Assembly: GCA_051294905.1 (NCBI GenBank)
Contig: CM119371.1
Location: 24,740,001-24,804,000, forward strand
Length of the DNA stretch: 64,000 nt
Direction of reading: 5' to 3'
DNA from: Botryllus schlosseri
Lineage: Eukaryota
The notes under the pieces are model-generated. The model had not been told where the DNA came from. It did not search any database and saw only the letters and a program-made list of their open reading frames with translations. Numbering within the stretch: the first letter of the stretch is position 1; each line of letters opens with the position of its first letter. The translations under genes and the position numbers were made by a program. Positions 1 through 13,491 of this stretch are shown piece by piece.

Positions 1-356
1 TGTTCAATGTTAAATTTTCATACATGAGTGCCGTACCTCGGCATGCGAAATATGCCTGTGAATATTGTGGATATTCGGCATACCCGCAATTTCATCATCA
101 GCACAACCTTGTTGGCCAATTGTATACGGTTCGAAAATAATGATCACTATGCATTACGCGAAGAGGGAGAGAGGATAAAAACGTTATTTCGTTGCACATG
201 TCGATACGACGAGCACGAGCCGAGAAATTCTTATCGTTGCTGTGAATCGGATGAGCAAATATTCGTTCTTTCGTGATAGTTCTTTAATCGGGCCGCGAAA
301 TTGGACAGTGTTATTGAGTATGCAATTATGCATGCTAATTGGAATTCATTACTGCG

Positions 357-518
357 CATCATCGTTATTCACTCCAGTAAGGATTTTTGAGCGTAAATAG
401 GGGATGGCAGAAGAGTAGCCCACAACCCCATGGTATTCATCATCGTTATTCACTCCAGTAAGGATTTTTGAGCGTAAATAGGGGATGGCAGAAGAGTAGC
501 CCACAACCCCATGGTATT
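357..518. repeat. Exact 81-bp tandem duplication (357-437, 438-518)
   Basis: catcatcgttattcactcc...ccccatggtatt occurs twice, head to tail, with no visible mismatch. Confidence 0.95.
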
Positions 519-1074
519 TTATGTTGGAGACAAATTACTGATTTGATACGCGATTTCCAATATGTAATCATCCGTTCCGTTAATTCATTCTTGATGTCTG
601 GTTGATACTCTAGTACAGTGCTTTTCAGCCTGTGTGACGGTTCGCTCTAGTGCGAATGAAAAGAATTGCAGTGCGAACGACGGAGGTAGTGCGAATGGTG
701 CGAACGAAAATCCGGATCAAGTGCGAACGAAATTCGTGAATAATTGTTACTTTTTCTGACGTGGAATAATTCAAAGAAAACTAATCGGAAATTTGAGGTC
801 GGTGTAAATTTTGTAGTTGAGGCGTAAGTGGAAAAAGTTGTTTAACTTACGACGCACCACTAATCGTATAGCTCCCGCAAGCCGTAGTAAATTAAAATTT
901 TCGCACTTTAATTATCACGTAACGATAGCCTGGTTTGGACGCTGGTGCTGTGGCAGACATACGGTATATCAGTCCATCTGAGCCTGCCACAGGCTGGAAA
1001 GATGACGTCAAATTGACTTCTGCTTTCTTTCGATAAATAATTATCATATTTTTGTAACAACTGTTCGACTAGAG

Positions 1075-1442
1075 CAGTGGTTCTCAACCTTTTTTGACTC
1101 ATCGCCCCCTTTTTAAGCTCAACGCCTATCATCGCCCCCCTAATTTTGTGAACCGAAAAATCGGTATACAAACTGTAATCACCGGCGTGTTGACTAAAAA
1201 AAAAGGTCAACTTTAACGTTCGATGTCGAATTTTACACTTTTGCAACTGAATTTTCATGGGATGACTGAAAAAAAAGTTCATTTCTCCGACTTGTCTCCA
1301 ATATAGCCGTTTTAACGTATCATCGCCCCCTTCGCTATTTTCGCCCCCCCCCCGTCGCCCCTTTGTCCATTTTCGCCCCCCTATCGCCCCCTTTGTCATT
1401 TTCGCCCCCCTGGGGCGATATCGCCCACGTTGGGAACCACTG
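1075..1442. mobile_element. hAT-type MITE nested in family A
   Basis: CAGTGGTTCTCAAC...GTTGGGAACCACTG; perfect TSD gactagag (1067-1074, 1443-1450); subterminal tcgcccc repeats. Confidence 0.92.
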
Positions 1443-1450
1443 GACTAGAG

Positions 1451-2624
1451 CAGGGGTGGGCAAACTTTTGAGATCGCAGGCCGCATTCAACATCTGAATC
1501 CATTCGCGGGCCGCACTATACAAAATTGATATTATGAACCAAAACGCAATATTGCATGGTGTTTGATTATATAGTGAGGCCGTGGAGATAATATATATGC
1601 ATATTTAAAACAAACCAAAGATTGCTTTGATGATATCGTACACACGCCAGAAACAGTGGCGGGATTCATAGGCTGGTCGACCTCAATAACCAATTTGTCA
1701 AAACTATAGGGATGAAAGTCGGTTATCCCGATCTTAGAACTCAATTTAAATCTGTGAAGAGCGAACTGTTCATAGATTTAATAATTCCGCTTTTTGTTTA
1801 GTTCCAGGACACACAATGCTGACAGCATCTTAACCATGTTAGCTCCAAACACGCTTCTACTATATGTGTAGATAAAATATAAATACCCTAATTTCACGCA
1901 CACAGAGAACGAATCTACCTAATTAGGACACGCGCGAATCGTATTTTATAAGCTCCTCACTGAAATAATTAAAACTGGACTGGTCAATCTGAAATCACAC
2001 TCGTGTCGTGATCCGAATTATGTCAATGTCGTTTAGGATTTCTGTGATGTTTGGCAGTTGAAACCCTTCAAACTGCGTGGGCCTTGACATCGGGCTGTCG
2101 CGCCAGAAATTAAAATTGAGAAATAATATAGTATTTATAAGTATTTAATAGAGAACAGTGGGTATTTTTAAGACTCGACCCCCTTATGATGGCGAAAGAT
2201 TTCGCGCCCCACTTATCGTCATATCACAAGACGCTACCAGGACGCTAGCAAACATAGCGGCTAGTTTGATGTCATGGAAGGTTACGACTGGATGAGAGAT
2301 TTTTAAATATGAAATTCAGACTAAAAACAGAGCAAATATCAGGAATTGAGTGTAAATCGCGCGAAGCGCGAAAAAAATTTCACTCGAGCTTCGCGACGAC
2401 CTTCAGATGGGAACGGAGCGCGCACCCCAATTTGAGAATCACTGCCTTAGAATTATCATGGCGAAATATACTAAGAAAAAAATTTAATCACGTCCCTGCA
2501 TTAATTCGATTGTTAGTACGCTTTTTATCAATATTTTTAATAAATTTCTTTAGACTCTCGCGGGCCGCACAGAACGGTGTTGCGGGCCGCATGCGGCCCG
2601 CGGACCGTAGTTTGCCCACCCCTG
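1451..2624. mobile_element. hAT-type non-autonomous element nested in family A
   Basis: TIR CAGGGGTGGGCAAAC / GTTTGCCCACCCCTG; TSD gactagag/gactagtg; gcggccc subterminal motifs; a related left end starts at 62903. Confidence 0.92.
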
Positions 2625-4271
2625 GACTAGTGCGAGGCACGATGATAGTAGTAAATACCATCATTATACAGACTCACACCCTTAAGTTACTATAACGCAA
2701 ATTTTTACCCCTTCAAGGGTTATTTATTTACGGACCGCAAAGAGTATAATTTATAATAATGAGTCGGCACAGTGCCCTAGCTATCTGTTAATATGTTTGT
2801 AATATTTGTTGAAGTTATTGCAAACAAACATGTGATAGTTTGCACATATCCATGGTCATTGTGTTGGGTACTTTAGCCAATAAGCGAGGCACGCACAAAA
2901 TATGAATTTATCATGAGTATGCAAGGCAAGATTTGTCTGACTGGTTTTTCTGGAAAATATGGTCGAAGACCATTGGGCTGTGCAACGAGCGAGTTCAGGC
3001 CTATGCGACTCATTCATGTCGAGGCTACCCCTTTCTGCGTCGGGACACATGAAGACGTCAAGTTTTGGCCAACAAACCGCTGATAAAATACGGTGCCGAT
3101 ACATAAGCGGCGACAAAACCTTTGTTCAAAAATGACCAATGATGGATGGCCGAACTTTTCAATATGGATATGCTCTGTTGTCAGCACGGAATAGCCCTAT
3201 TCTTGCAATCTGAGTATACAGAATAGTACAATTGCGACACGCAGATGAATTTAATACCCCCTAATTTGAAATCGCGTTCGTCAGACATGTTTTGTGTTGG
3301 GTAGAATTGTGGTGTGCGCGTTCTGTATGTAATAGCCTACATGCCCGTAAATATTAACATGCAACTATAATATTAACAATGAATTCGCTCTTATGGGTGA
3401 GGCTCGGATCGCGAGATGCCACAAAAACTCAGATTTTGGTGGTAGTCTAAAAGCTGCTTTACCGTTATTAAACTGTTGTGCATTCTCAAGTTAGATTGAG
3501 CTAAAGAGCAGAACACAAAGTATCGTGAGTTTATTTGCACTTATCATATACTCGCGGGACAGAAGTTGGAGCAACGTATCATAAGGTAGCGAGCTCTACT
3601 GTGCCTACTCTCCTTGACCGCTTTAAACCTTATGTTCCAAGACATAAGGCAGAAGCCTCAACACAAACATGTGGATTTTTCATCCCTTCGACAAACTTAA
3701 GCCTCTGGGACATTTGTGTCAGCTCTCAAAAACGATTTCTGCCAGCAAGCATTTTCCCTCACGAAAACTACGCTGTATTTGGGATAGGAGTGCGGAACAG
3801 ATTTTAAGACCTGGCCATCCAAGCACTAGTAGACGTCATTGTTAAAAACCCAACAACATGGTTTTACCGAGATGTAATTTGGTGAAACAGTTGAAATCAA
3901 AACGAGCGAAAAAAGGTGTCTTTGTAATGAGTCACTTGACAGCTTAAGTATCTTCATCTCATTTTTGTACAACAATTTTCTATTTGTTTGTGCGAATGAA
4001 TTTTTTTTTAATGTGCGAACGGAGCTCAAAAAGGTTGAAAAGCACTGCACTAGTATTCCCGATTATCGCGCACTTTGACTTGTAAATGTACATTTGTACA
4101 ATGTGCAATGTGCAATGTGTAATTGTGCATACTACATACTTCAATCCGTTATGTGCATGGCGCATTGTGCATAGCACAGTGTTTAATTCGATTATTCGAT
4201 TTGTTTAGACCGGAAAATACTATATTCAGATAAACTTGATCGGCACCGGATGGACTGGTAACGAGTGCACC

Positions 4272-4700
4272 AATATTATTAATATTATTATTATCACAAA
4301 CATGAGTGGTGCTTTTCGCCATTTATGGCCTTGTGCGCCACGGTCGTCAGGAAATTCAAATCAAGCAGTAACTAAATGAACTTATTACAACTTATCACGA
4401 ACTCAGCGACGGCAGTGGACAATTGCGATAACGAGAGTAGGTTGCGTATGGTGAACGGTACATGTAACTGATTGCAATAGGTTATTAAAAATGATCGATG
4501 AAAGTCGTATTTTATGCACGATATCAAAAAGTGTTCGACTGTTTCGATGACATCGCATTCTTCGCACATCGGAGAGTCCGAGCATAGTAGTGCACCAATA
4601 TCGAACGTCAAAACATTGGCCATTTGGTACAAATCGAATTTGCCATATTGCTCTTACTACAGTTACACTTGAATCATAATCGCACATTTAAGAATTGAAT
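4272..4700 (-). mobile_element. 3' fragment of a non-LTR retrotransposon (C-terminal CCHC zinc knuckle, I-group-like)
   Basis: Minus ORF 4372-4632 contains DSPMCEECDVIETVEHFLISC, typical of a LINE ORF2 C-terminus; it is followed by a short 3' UTR and a (taa)n-like tail near 4272-4295. Boundaries are approximate. Confidence 0.75.
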
Positions 4701-4871
4701 TGAGCTGTATGGCTTAATGTTAACGAGTACAGTACCAATGTTAAAACGTCGCATCAGAATTTAATGCTGTACGTACACAGCGGAGTAAAGTGCGTTCTAG
4801 TGCAACTATGATGTTATCGACAATTGACAAGTATTCATTATGTCGTCACAAGCGGGTACGGCGGCACCTAT

Positions 4872-6051
4872 TAGAGATGTACGGATCATGGTTTTTTGGG
4901 ATCCTGATGCAATCCTGTTTCATGATATCATAATCCTGATCCAATCCTGATCCTGTAGCAATCGCATATTTCAGTATCCGAGTCCAAAAATAATCCTGTT
5001 TTCAAAAAATTGCTTCATTATCCATGTTACTATGAGCAGGGAAAATATTATACTACCATATGTGATTTCTGGAAAAAATAAACATCATCGGAAGCTGAAG
5101 GCAGGATGAACTTACAAAATAATAGTAGTTTATATACTGCAAACAGTCAAATGATAACTGAAATTGTATTCAAGAATTGCAACAAGGTCATCGTTAAGAT
5201 ATAGACTGAGAAAGAAAAAATTATGACAAAATCAGCCTGACCTCACAGGAAAACATCGTCACCAGAACTTTTCACTACAACTAAAGCATCTAAGCTGTCA
5301 GCTGAGAGTAAGGATCTTTTTTTGTCAATAGTATTCCCACACAAACTGAACGCCTTTTCACTATGGATGCATTTGATGCAGCAATACTGATTTTGATTAC
5401 CCCAACAGCAAGTCTACTGAGATTTGGATACCTGGCAATTGCACTGGGATTCGTCCAATACTTCAGTAAGCCGTTGTCATCTCCATTCTCTGATTCACTC
5501 AAAGGACTCTTAATCTAATATAGTCTTCGATCTCATCAGTTGAACTTTGAGATGATAATGACAGCACAAAACATACACAGCATATTTCCCATCTTGCTTT
5601 TCTACCAAATGTCGGAGCTGTCACCAAACATAACTTATCGTCTTTTTGACGGTATTTTCGTCAGCCGTGACAACGTCATTCCGAGCTATCAATTATAAAA
5701 TCTCTGACATTCCGAATAGCAAATGAAACCCAAATGATATCAACCAACATCAAGATCTCAAGAACTCAAGACGTCTCTGCCGCTGAAATCTCCTTAGCGG
5801 AAAATATATATAGTCAGACTTTTACATGTAAAAAAGATAGTTTATAAACTCCTAGAAGATAAGTTTTACCTTTTCTGAATCTAGACATGTTGGACATGAT
5901 TCTAAACTGGTTTTCGTCAAAATAAAAATCCTGTCCTGATCCGGATCCGGCAAAACAGTAAAATTTGGAATCCGGATCCAATCCTGTTGCCTAAAAATCA
6001 CCCGGATTTCTGACCTGTTAGAATCCAAAATCCTGATCCTGTACATCTCTA
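4872..6051 (-). mobile_element. hAT deletion derivative with a dimerisation-domain remnant
   Basis: TIR TAGAGATGTAC / GTACATCTCTA; perfect TSD gcacctat; atcctg subterminal repeats; minus ORF 5290-5502 LLKYW..YPNLSRLA..ASNAS resembles the hAT C-terminal dimerisation region. Confidence 0.92.
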
Positions 6052-6437
6052 GCACCTATGTCTTAGTCAGGGTTGTAACCGAGCCACAAGGCTCCGAGTC
6101 ACAAGTCCACTTGGTGGTATGATAGAAGAAAGCTCCGGAGCCGGAGCTGGAGCAATGCAAATTTACGGCGGCTCCAAAGCCCTGGTTGTGTCACAGTCTC
6201 CAGTTTCAAGTTCAAAATCCCCTATACGTTTTTCCGAGACCGAATTTCCAAGACTGCTATCCTTAGTTCTTCAAAGATCATTAGAAATGATGTTTTGAAT
6301 TCAATATGACAGGCCCAATCTATGAGATAACAATTGCGTATGTGTCCGAACTCGTTGACCTTTCCAGTTATAGGCTTACGCAATCTCCCGAGTTCTAGTC
6401 ATTTCTGCAGATAATTTAGTCAGGTCAAGTGCGAACA

Positions 6438-6989
6438 TGAATCTTGTTGAATCTTTGCTCCGTTCCCCGTTAAAGCAGTTTCCTTTAGAACGAAAATTAC
6501 AGGTAAAGCGACTAGGTCTTTTTCAGCCTAGCAATTGTCCATTGATCCAATCGTACGCCGGGTGAAATCGCTTTGGTTGCCTATCACCTGACCGAAACAC
6601 ACCAGGATCGTGTAGGAAACACTTTCGGACGGGCTTAGAAAAACTAGGGCCAATCGATTTGGGTAATCTCCACCATGAAATCATAACGCATGCAACTAAG
6701 GATGCCCTGATGATTGATTCGTGGCATAGGGTCGATTCTTAGTTCACGTACTTTTTGTAAAAATTATCCTTTGAATAAAAAAAATGAATCATTTTTTACC
6801 ACACTTCATGTCACGGCTCACCGGCAAACTTCTCGCGGCACCTACGTTAAAATCACTGTTGTCGGGAAATTCAGGTGACCATCATAAAATTACTCTTTCA
6901 AGTTGGAAAACGCCACTGTGACGTAATTTTGATAAAATGTCGCTTGTAGCCCTTGTCCCACCACTCGATATTGTCACGAGCCGCCACTG
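6438..6989 (+). mobile_element. Degraded hAT relic (ZMYM1-like N-terminus and right end)
   Basis: 6438-6560 reads MNLVESLLRSPLKQFPLERKLQVKRLG, resembling the N-terminus of ZMYM1-like hAT transposases; the end ...AGCCGCCACTG (6989) and ~120 bp before it resemble 32312-32431. Confidence 0.5.
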
Positions 6990-7051
6990 TTTTCTAGCCA
7001 TTCGAAGACACAAGAGATTAAATCGACTTTAAGCTACATTTATTGTAAAGT

Positions 7052-9042
7052 CAGTGCTTTTCAACCTTTTTGACCTTCATTCGCACTTTTTTTAGAAAAT
7101 AAATTTCATTCGCAGAAGCCACCGAAAGTTGTTATACAAAAAGAAAATGAAGATATTTAAGAATATTCTGTTCAGATGTGCAACAAATTGGCTAGTATAG
7201 CTTTTAGGCCATGAAGTGTCTCATTAATAAGGCAACTCTTTTCCCTCGTTTTGATTTCAACTATTTCACTAAAGCGCTTCTCGGCCAAACAAGTTGTTGG
7301 ATTTTGTATAATAACGCCTACCATGGTGCTTGGATGGCCAGGTCTTAAGAACTGTTCTGCACTCCTATCCAAAACACAGCGTATTTTCCACGAGTGAAAA
7401 ACGCTTGCTGGCAGAAATCGTATTTGAGAGATGACACAAAGGTCCAGGAGGGTCCAGTTTGTCGAAAGGGTGAAAAATACACATGCTTATGTAGAGGCTT
7501 GTGCCTGATATCTTGGAAAATAAGTTCCAGTAACATCAAGGATAGGACGTACATTAGAGCTCGCTACCTTATGATACGTTGCTCCAACTTGTGTTCCATT
7601 TTTTTCGGTTTCCCATTTCCTGTCTCGCGAGTATATGAGAACAGCAAATAAAGTCACGATACTGTATGTTCGGCTCTTCAGCTAAATTTAACTTGAAAAT
7701 TCATGACAGTTTAGTAACCTTAAAGCAGCTTTCCAGACTACCAACAAAATCTGAATGTTTGTGGCATCTTGCGACCCGAGCCTCACCCATGAAAAGAAAT
7801 TCATTTTTAGCATTACAGTAGTGTGCTACGATTTTACGGACATCTATGACATACAGAACGCGCACACCACAATTCTACCCAACACAGCTCTATAACATAT
7901 GTCTGACGCACGTGATTTCAAATTAGAGTGAAGTAAATTCCTCTGCGTGTCGCATTTGTACTACTGTCTACTTAGATTGCAAGAACGGGACTACTCCGTG
8001 CCGACAACGGGGTATATCTATATCGAAAGGATTGGCCATCCAATGACGGCCATTTTTTAACCAAGGTTTTGTCGCCGCTTATGTTTTTGTGACCGCATTT
8101 TTGGGACCGGTTGGTAGGCAAAAACTTCACGTCTTCATGTGCCCCGACACAGCTAGGGGTTGGCCTCGAAATAAATGACTCTCATAGGTCTGAACTCGCT
8201 CCTTGCACACCCCAACACTAGTTCATCCCAACGGTCTTCGACCTTGTTTCCAGAAAAAACAAACGGACAAATCTTATTATGAATTCAGACCAAAGGTCGG
8301 CTGTTTCTCATGCTAAAGCCATATTTTCTGCGTGTCTGTCTTATTGACTATAGTACCCAACACAGTGACCTTGGATATATGTAAAAACTATCGCAGGACT
8401 TTTTGCAATAAATTCAACAAATATTACATACATATTATCAGATAGCTCTCGCACCGTATCGACCCAAAATTATACTCATGCGGTCCATACTTGAATAACC
8501 CTTGAAGAAGTAAAAAATGTGCTTTACAGTAACATGCAAATGTGAGTCTGTAATGATGGTATTTACTACTATCCTCGTGCCTCGCGCTAATCGAAGAGTG
8601 ATTACGAAAATATGATGATTGTTTAGCGAAAGAAAGCAGAAAGCCAATTTGACGTCATTTTTTCAGCTTGACGCTGGCTCAGACGGGCTCGTATACTGTA
8701 TGTCTGCAACAACACCAGCTTCCCAACCTGGTTTTTGATTACGTAATAATTAAAGTGTGAAAATATTAATTCACTACGGCTTGTGAGAGTTACGATGAGT
8801 GGTGCGTCGAGTTAAACAAGTTTTTACAATTGCGCCTCAACTATACAGCAGTTACACTGCCTTGAATTTCCTATAAGGCTTATTTAAATTATTCCACGTC
8901 AGAATAATTAACAATTATTCACAATTTTCATTCGCACCAATTCGGATTTTTCATTCGCACCATTCGCACCACCTTCGTCATTCGCACTGCATTTTTTTTC
9001 ATTCGCACCAGTGCGAACCGTCACACAGGTTGAAAAGCACTG
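7052..9042 (-). mobile_element. Non-autonomous hAT-type element (family A), second copy, inverted
   Basis: TIR CAGTGCTTTTCAACC / GGTTGAAAAGCACTG; flanked by ttgtaaag at 7043-7050 and 9043-9050; reverse-complement similarity to 616-4047; lacks the two nested inserts. Confidence 0.9.
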
Positions 9043-9084
9043 TTGTAAAGCAATATAGGTTATTGTAATAATTCTGTTTCGAAG

Positions 9085-9200
9085 CTCTCAACAGTTAAAG
9101 GAACGCTGTGAAAATGTAAACCGAAGGTTACAATGAAATAGCAAATTCACTCAAGTTCATCGGTTGCTAAAAGGTGTGCTTCAAAATTGAGAATTTACGG
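9085..9200 (+). pseudogene. Decayed copy of the 168-bp LRR-like exon
   Basis: After ...tttcgaag it reads LSTVK/(frameshift)NAVKM*TEGYNEIANSLKFIGC*KVCFKIENL, alignable to the exon at 23817; the upstream flank (7011-7050 joined to 9051-9084) resembles 23740-23816. Confidence 0.7.
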
Positions 9201-11754
9201 TGGGGTAGCCCAATATATCAGATTCTTAATTATAAATGAGCTTAGTATTTAATGATAGGAAAGCTGGTTCTTATTGTGCATAAAGCAATGATCTCGCTTC
9301 CACATTACGAGGTTGAAATTGCATTATTGTGGTCTGATGCAAACGTAATTTGAACATAACAGTAATGGCTCAAATTCTTTGAGACTTGAACAGAATAAAT
9401 CGACAAAATTCCAAGATATGATGTGCAATGTAATTGACATTGTCAAAACTTGAATCGACGCTGAAACTCTGTCGACGCGAGTATTTCTGCACTTTCAAGC
9501 ATCAGCTATTCTCAAATATAACAGTTAAATTCCTCTGATCTGGATATCAGTTTCATTGTGCGACAACCTCTCTATAGTTCTGCTTCACTTGATAAATTTA
9601 TTCTCCGTGTCAATTCAACTTGTGGATTCTATACTAATATCATCGTGATCTATTCCCGAGATAATATAACTCGATGAACGCAATGTAAATCTCACTGGCG
9701 AGGCGATACTGTGTATAGCACTGGGACTGTACATTCGCATGAACTGGCCAATTAGTTCAAACTACTTGGTTTCTGATAAGAACGACCATCTTCGACTATA
9801 TCATACGACGAACTCTTGGATTGGCCCATTACACACGTTAGTGTCAATTGGTGTTTACCTGCCGTGTGTCGCAAAGAGAATCACAGATTACGAGTAATCT
9901 ACAACCTGAGATGGAATGGGAGAAATGTCGACACGAAATCCTATCAATTGGACAATCTATTTATCCCAACGCCAGTTAAAACCTAATTACTTAGTACGGT
10001 AAACCGCATTGAATTCAGAAGTATACGCGCAGCATTGATAACACAATGCTTCCCGTCAATACTTTCTGCAATTTCATTGTACTTGCTACGCAACGTGACC
10101 CGGGATCTATTATAATTTTTTGTACGAGGAGTTGGTGTTACTATATCATGTGATGAGACATATCGATCGGTTATAATTATTAACTAGAAGTGCACTAAAC
10201 TTTGAAAGACACCACTACCAGCAGGTTTACCGATAGCTGCTTGTGAATCGAAGATACGAAGCATGCTGGAACCATAGTGTTCTAAGGTGGTGTGAACACT
10301 AGCGATCGTTCCGTTTCGGCAGTTTGGGAAGGCCGTCGCCAAGATGCATTCTCTGCCGCTTGAGCATGGGGAAAAGTTGCGTTCTAATCAGATGTAGGAA
10401 GTTAATTGGTTAGCGCGGTATGTTTTCTGTGCGCAATTCTTGATGATGAGATATCAATTTATAAATTAAGATGTCAAATTTTGCTGCCGGTAAGGTTTTT
10501 CAGGCAGTGTAAGCGGCATGTTATCGTGTTACATTGCAACTGGAGTAACCTGTCATAGCTTCCTTCTTAATGTTATCGTTATCATGCTATATGTACGCCA
10601 ACATGTCTTTTGTATCATATCAGGCAAGTAATATAGCCGACGATTCTATAATTTTTTTAAATGCGAGCTGTGACTGCAACCAAGAATCCTATTCGTACAG
10701 TCAGACACTTCAAAGAATTGCAAAGTTCAAGGAATTTATTGAAGAGCTAGAAGGTGTGGTGCAATATGCTTATCGGATAGACGAATTCCATGCCATTGAT
10801 CGCTTATGAGAGGAAATGAATTGATTTAATCAACAGAAAGGCCCATTACTCCTTAATTACTGATGCTTAATGAAGACATTTTGCGGATGCATTCATCGTG
10901 GAAAAATAAATATCTATGCCGGAAGTAACTGACGACGAATTTCTTTTATGGAAGTCAGGGTTCATCTTAACACTTTGAATTGAAACCGTTTGGACTACAA
11001 AATGTCAAAATGTGAATGCATGACTATGGTCTGGCACAAAACCGTGGCTTTTTACTCAGCAAGAGCAAAGCAAGCTTTACCTTGAAGCATTCGTAATATC
11101 TTAAAGATACTGATGAACATAATGATGATCCTCTTCATTCTCTACTTCTAATCTCTAAAGCAATTTCCAAATATCTATGCTCATTAGAATCAATGAAAGA
11201 CTTATGGAAATAGAGGCGAATGAATGTGACAATCTTCTACATCTACACTCAAGTATCCGCATCCGCATCTGGCTAGTTTGAACTGTCAACCAAAACGTGA
11301 AAGCTCAAATCACATTTATTGAATCACCAATCAGCTTTTGAATAAACTTTATTGCATAGTGGGTGCGGATTTCAAGAAGAGAACTGCAAGATTGATATCA
11401 CTATCTTCACAAGTGAATTCACGCAGATGTAATTTGTATTACATGTATGAGTATGCTGAAAGGCTACTATCATGGCTTCAAGGCAGAGATTATATTGCAT
11501 GTTGTTACCATGGTAATTCCTCTTGGGAAATGGATTTGCAAAAACATATTTCAGCACGTATGTAGTAAATGCTTTCATTCTCATCACTTGAGAGATGAGA
11601 GGGTGTCTCTAATCGCAGGTCTAGCGGTATAGGTCTTCTTGACATTTTTCATAGTCATACGAACAAGACTTCTAAGTGATGAGCTTCCAACTAGAATCAC
11701 TTTATAGTTACCTGTACTCTATTGTGATAGCATTGGATCAAGCACCAGTCATGG

Positions 11755-12657
11755 CAGTGTTGGGATGACTCGAGTCACCTTTTTCGTATGACTTGACTTG
11801 ACTCGAGTCACTTTGCTAAAATGAATTGACTTGACTTGACTCAGCGTACCAGAAATGTGGATTGACTCGTGACTTGAAGCAAAATTCACGAGTCAATTTC
11901 AAGTCATCAAATAAACGGTGTTGATAAAAGTCACCGTATCTTGCATATGTTCAGATTGTTTGCAAAACGTTGGTGTAACCCGTGCGAGCGACCAATCATT
12001 CAATGATCGTGTGTTTCATTGAGCCTCCATTGTTTTCACACAATTAAATTGACCGCAAACGAAGTGATCGAAGCTTAAAAGCTTAAATTGTCGTAAACTA
12101 TAGTGGTAAAGTAACATATTGGCAAAATGTCTATTTCTGTTCTCTGATCTTACCTTAACCAAACCTCTTCTTCAATTGAAACTGAATTCGAATATAGTTT
12201 ATATAGTTCTCAACCATTGGCGCAGGCTCTAATTGTATCATATCAATTTGTAAATGGGTAATGTATTTCATCTTGCCAATTCGTTTCTCTAGTCTCTATT
12301 CTCTATTCTCTACGTATATGTGAGCGATACAGACCCTTTTTGCGTGTATATTTAACTCTATATTCGTTCATGGGTTCAGAATCAATGACCACTCAATCTG
12401 TATTTCAGACAGCTAGTAAATTACAATGACGCAATCATGTCTCATACTTCGAAAATGCAACTTGACTTGAATTGTGACTTGACTCGTGACTTGACTTGTC
12501 TTGCCTCGACTTGACTCGAGTCACCTCCAAAAATCGAGTGACTTGACTTGACTCGAGTCACCTTCGAAAATTGATTGACTTGACAGGACTCGAGTCAAAA
12601 TTTGCAATGACTTGAAATGACTCGTGACTCGAAGGTAATGACTTGATCCCAACACTG
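11755..12657 (+). mobile_element. hAT-type MITE (gactt/gactc-repeat family)
   Basis: TIR CAGTGTTGGGAT / ATCCCAACACTG; perfect TSD agtcatgg; dense gacttgactcgagtc subterminal repeats; inverted paralogue at 60515-61805. Confidence 0.93.
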
Positions 12658-13491
12658 AGTCATGGTTCATATTGGCTTTATTAAATATATTCAAGAGATA
12701 TTGCAACGAGTCAGCAAAATAGTTGAGAACAGAGACATACTCAGCGTTGCAAGTTGTACGAGGAAATTTCAATTAACATATCTATAAAATGTATGATACA
12801 ATCATAATGATCAAAATGCAATACTTCTTTTGAACTAATCTGACCAAAATTAATGCTCTTTTCTGCACAGTTTTGGACAATAGATTTATGCTGCGGAGCT
12901 CTAGCTCCCTCTCTCCTATCTGTATGGAGCAATACTACATCACGTGACTTATCGCATAGTTATAACCGAGCGCATATCGCATATCACCCCTTTTGATATG
13001 AGACTCCTGTACGCCGTATAACCTACTGCTTGAATTAGTAACCATCCGTACAATACATATGGAAAAGGCAATTGTCGTCTATTGAACTACCAGTCAAGAG
13101 CTACACGCAGGACGCTCGTACCCGCTACTGCCAGTCAAGTATATTGGAAGCCGCTATCCGTAACATACGGACCTGCTGTATATACCATCGCAGAATATCA
13201 GACGTACAGCTCCTTTCACCGCTTGATGCCCACGAGTGAATGACTTAGTTCAAACGAAAAGACTCTTCGCTACTCCATCAACGGATCATTAATACTCACC
13301 TGCGACGATACGGAAACTCACTGAGAACACCAGGACTGCATGACACATCCGGTATTTACCCTTCTATACGATTTCTGGAATTGTTTGACGGTCAGCAGTT
13401 CGCACATACCTTTCAGTTTAACCTTCAATGTTATTCATTCCATGCTTTTGCCAATTACCATTTTCCTAAATTTATTACGATATATATTAAT

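Larger units (their letters stand above)
616..4047 (+). mobile_element. Non-autonomous hAT-type element (family A, ~1.9 kb without nested inserts)
   Basis: Termini CAGTGCTTTTCAGCC / GGTTGAAAAGCACTG; 8-bp TSD ctctagta/cactagta; subterminal tgcgaa repeats; aligns along its length with an inverted copy at 7052-9042. Confidence 0.9.

Noticed and set aside
908..1399. 163-aa minus ORF, and similar ORFs at 2309, 31924, 55194-55971 and 60566
   Set aside because: They run through non-coding MITE sequence or across insertion junctions and have no recognisable domain.
616..9042. One giant 8.4-kb element with ~2-kb inverted repeats
   Set aside because: Each arm has its own pair of TIRs and its own TSD, so these are two independent insertions of family A in opposite orientation.
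11755..12657. CRISPR-like or satellite array of gacttgactcgagtc repeats (also 60515-61805)
   Set aside because: There are no constant-length repeats with unique spacers; the motifs are subterminal repeats of a TSD-flanked MITE.
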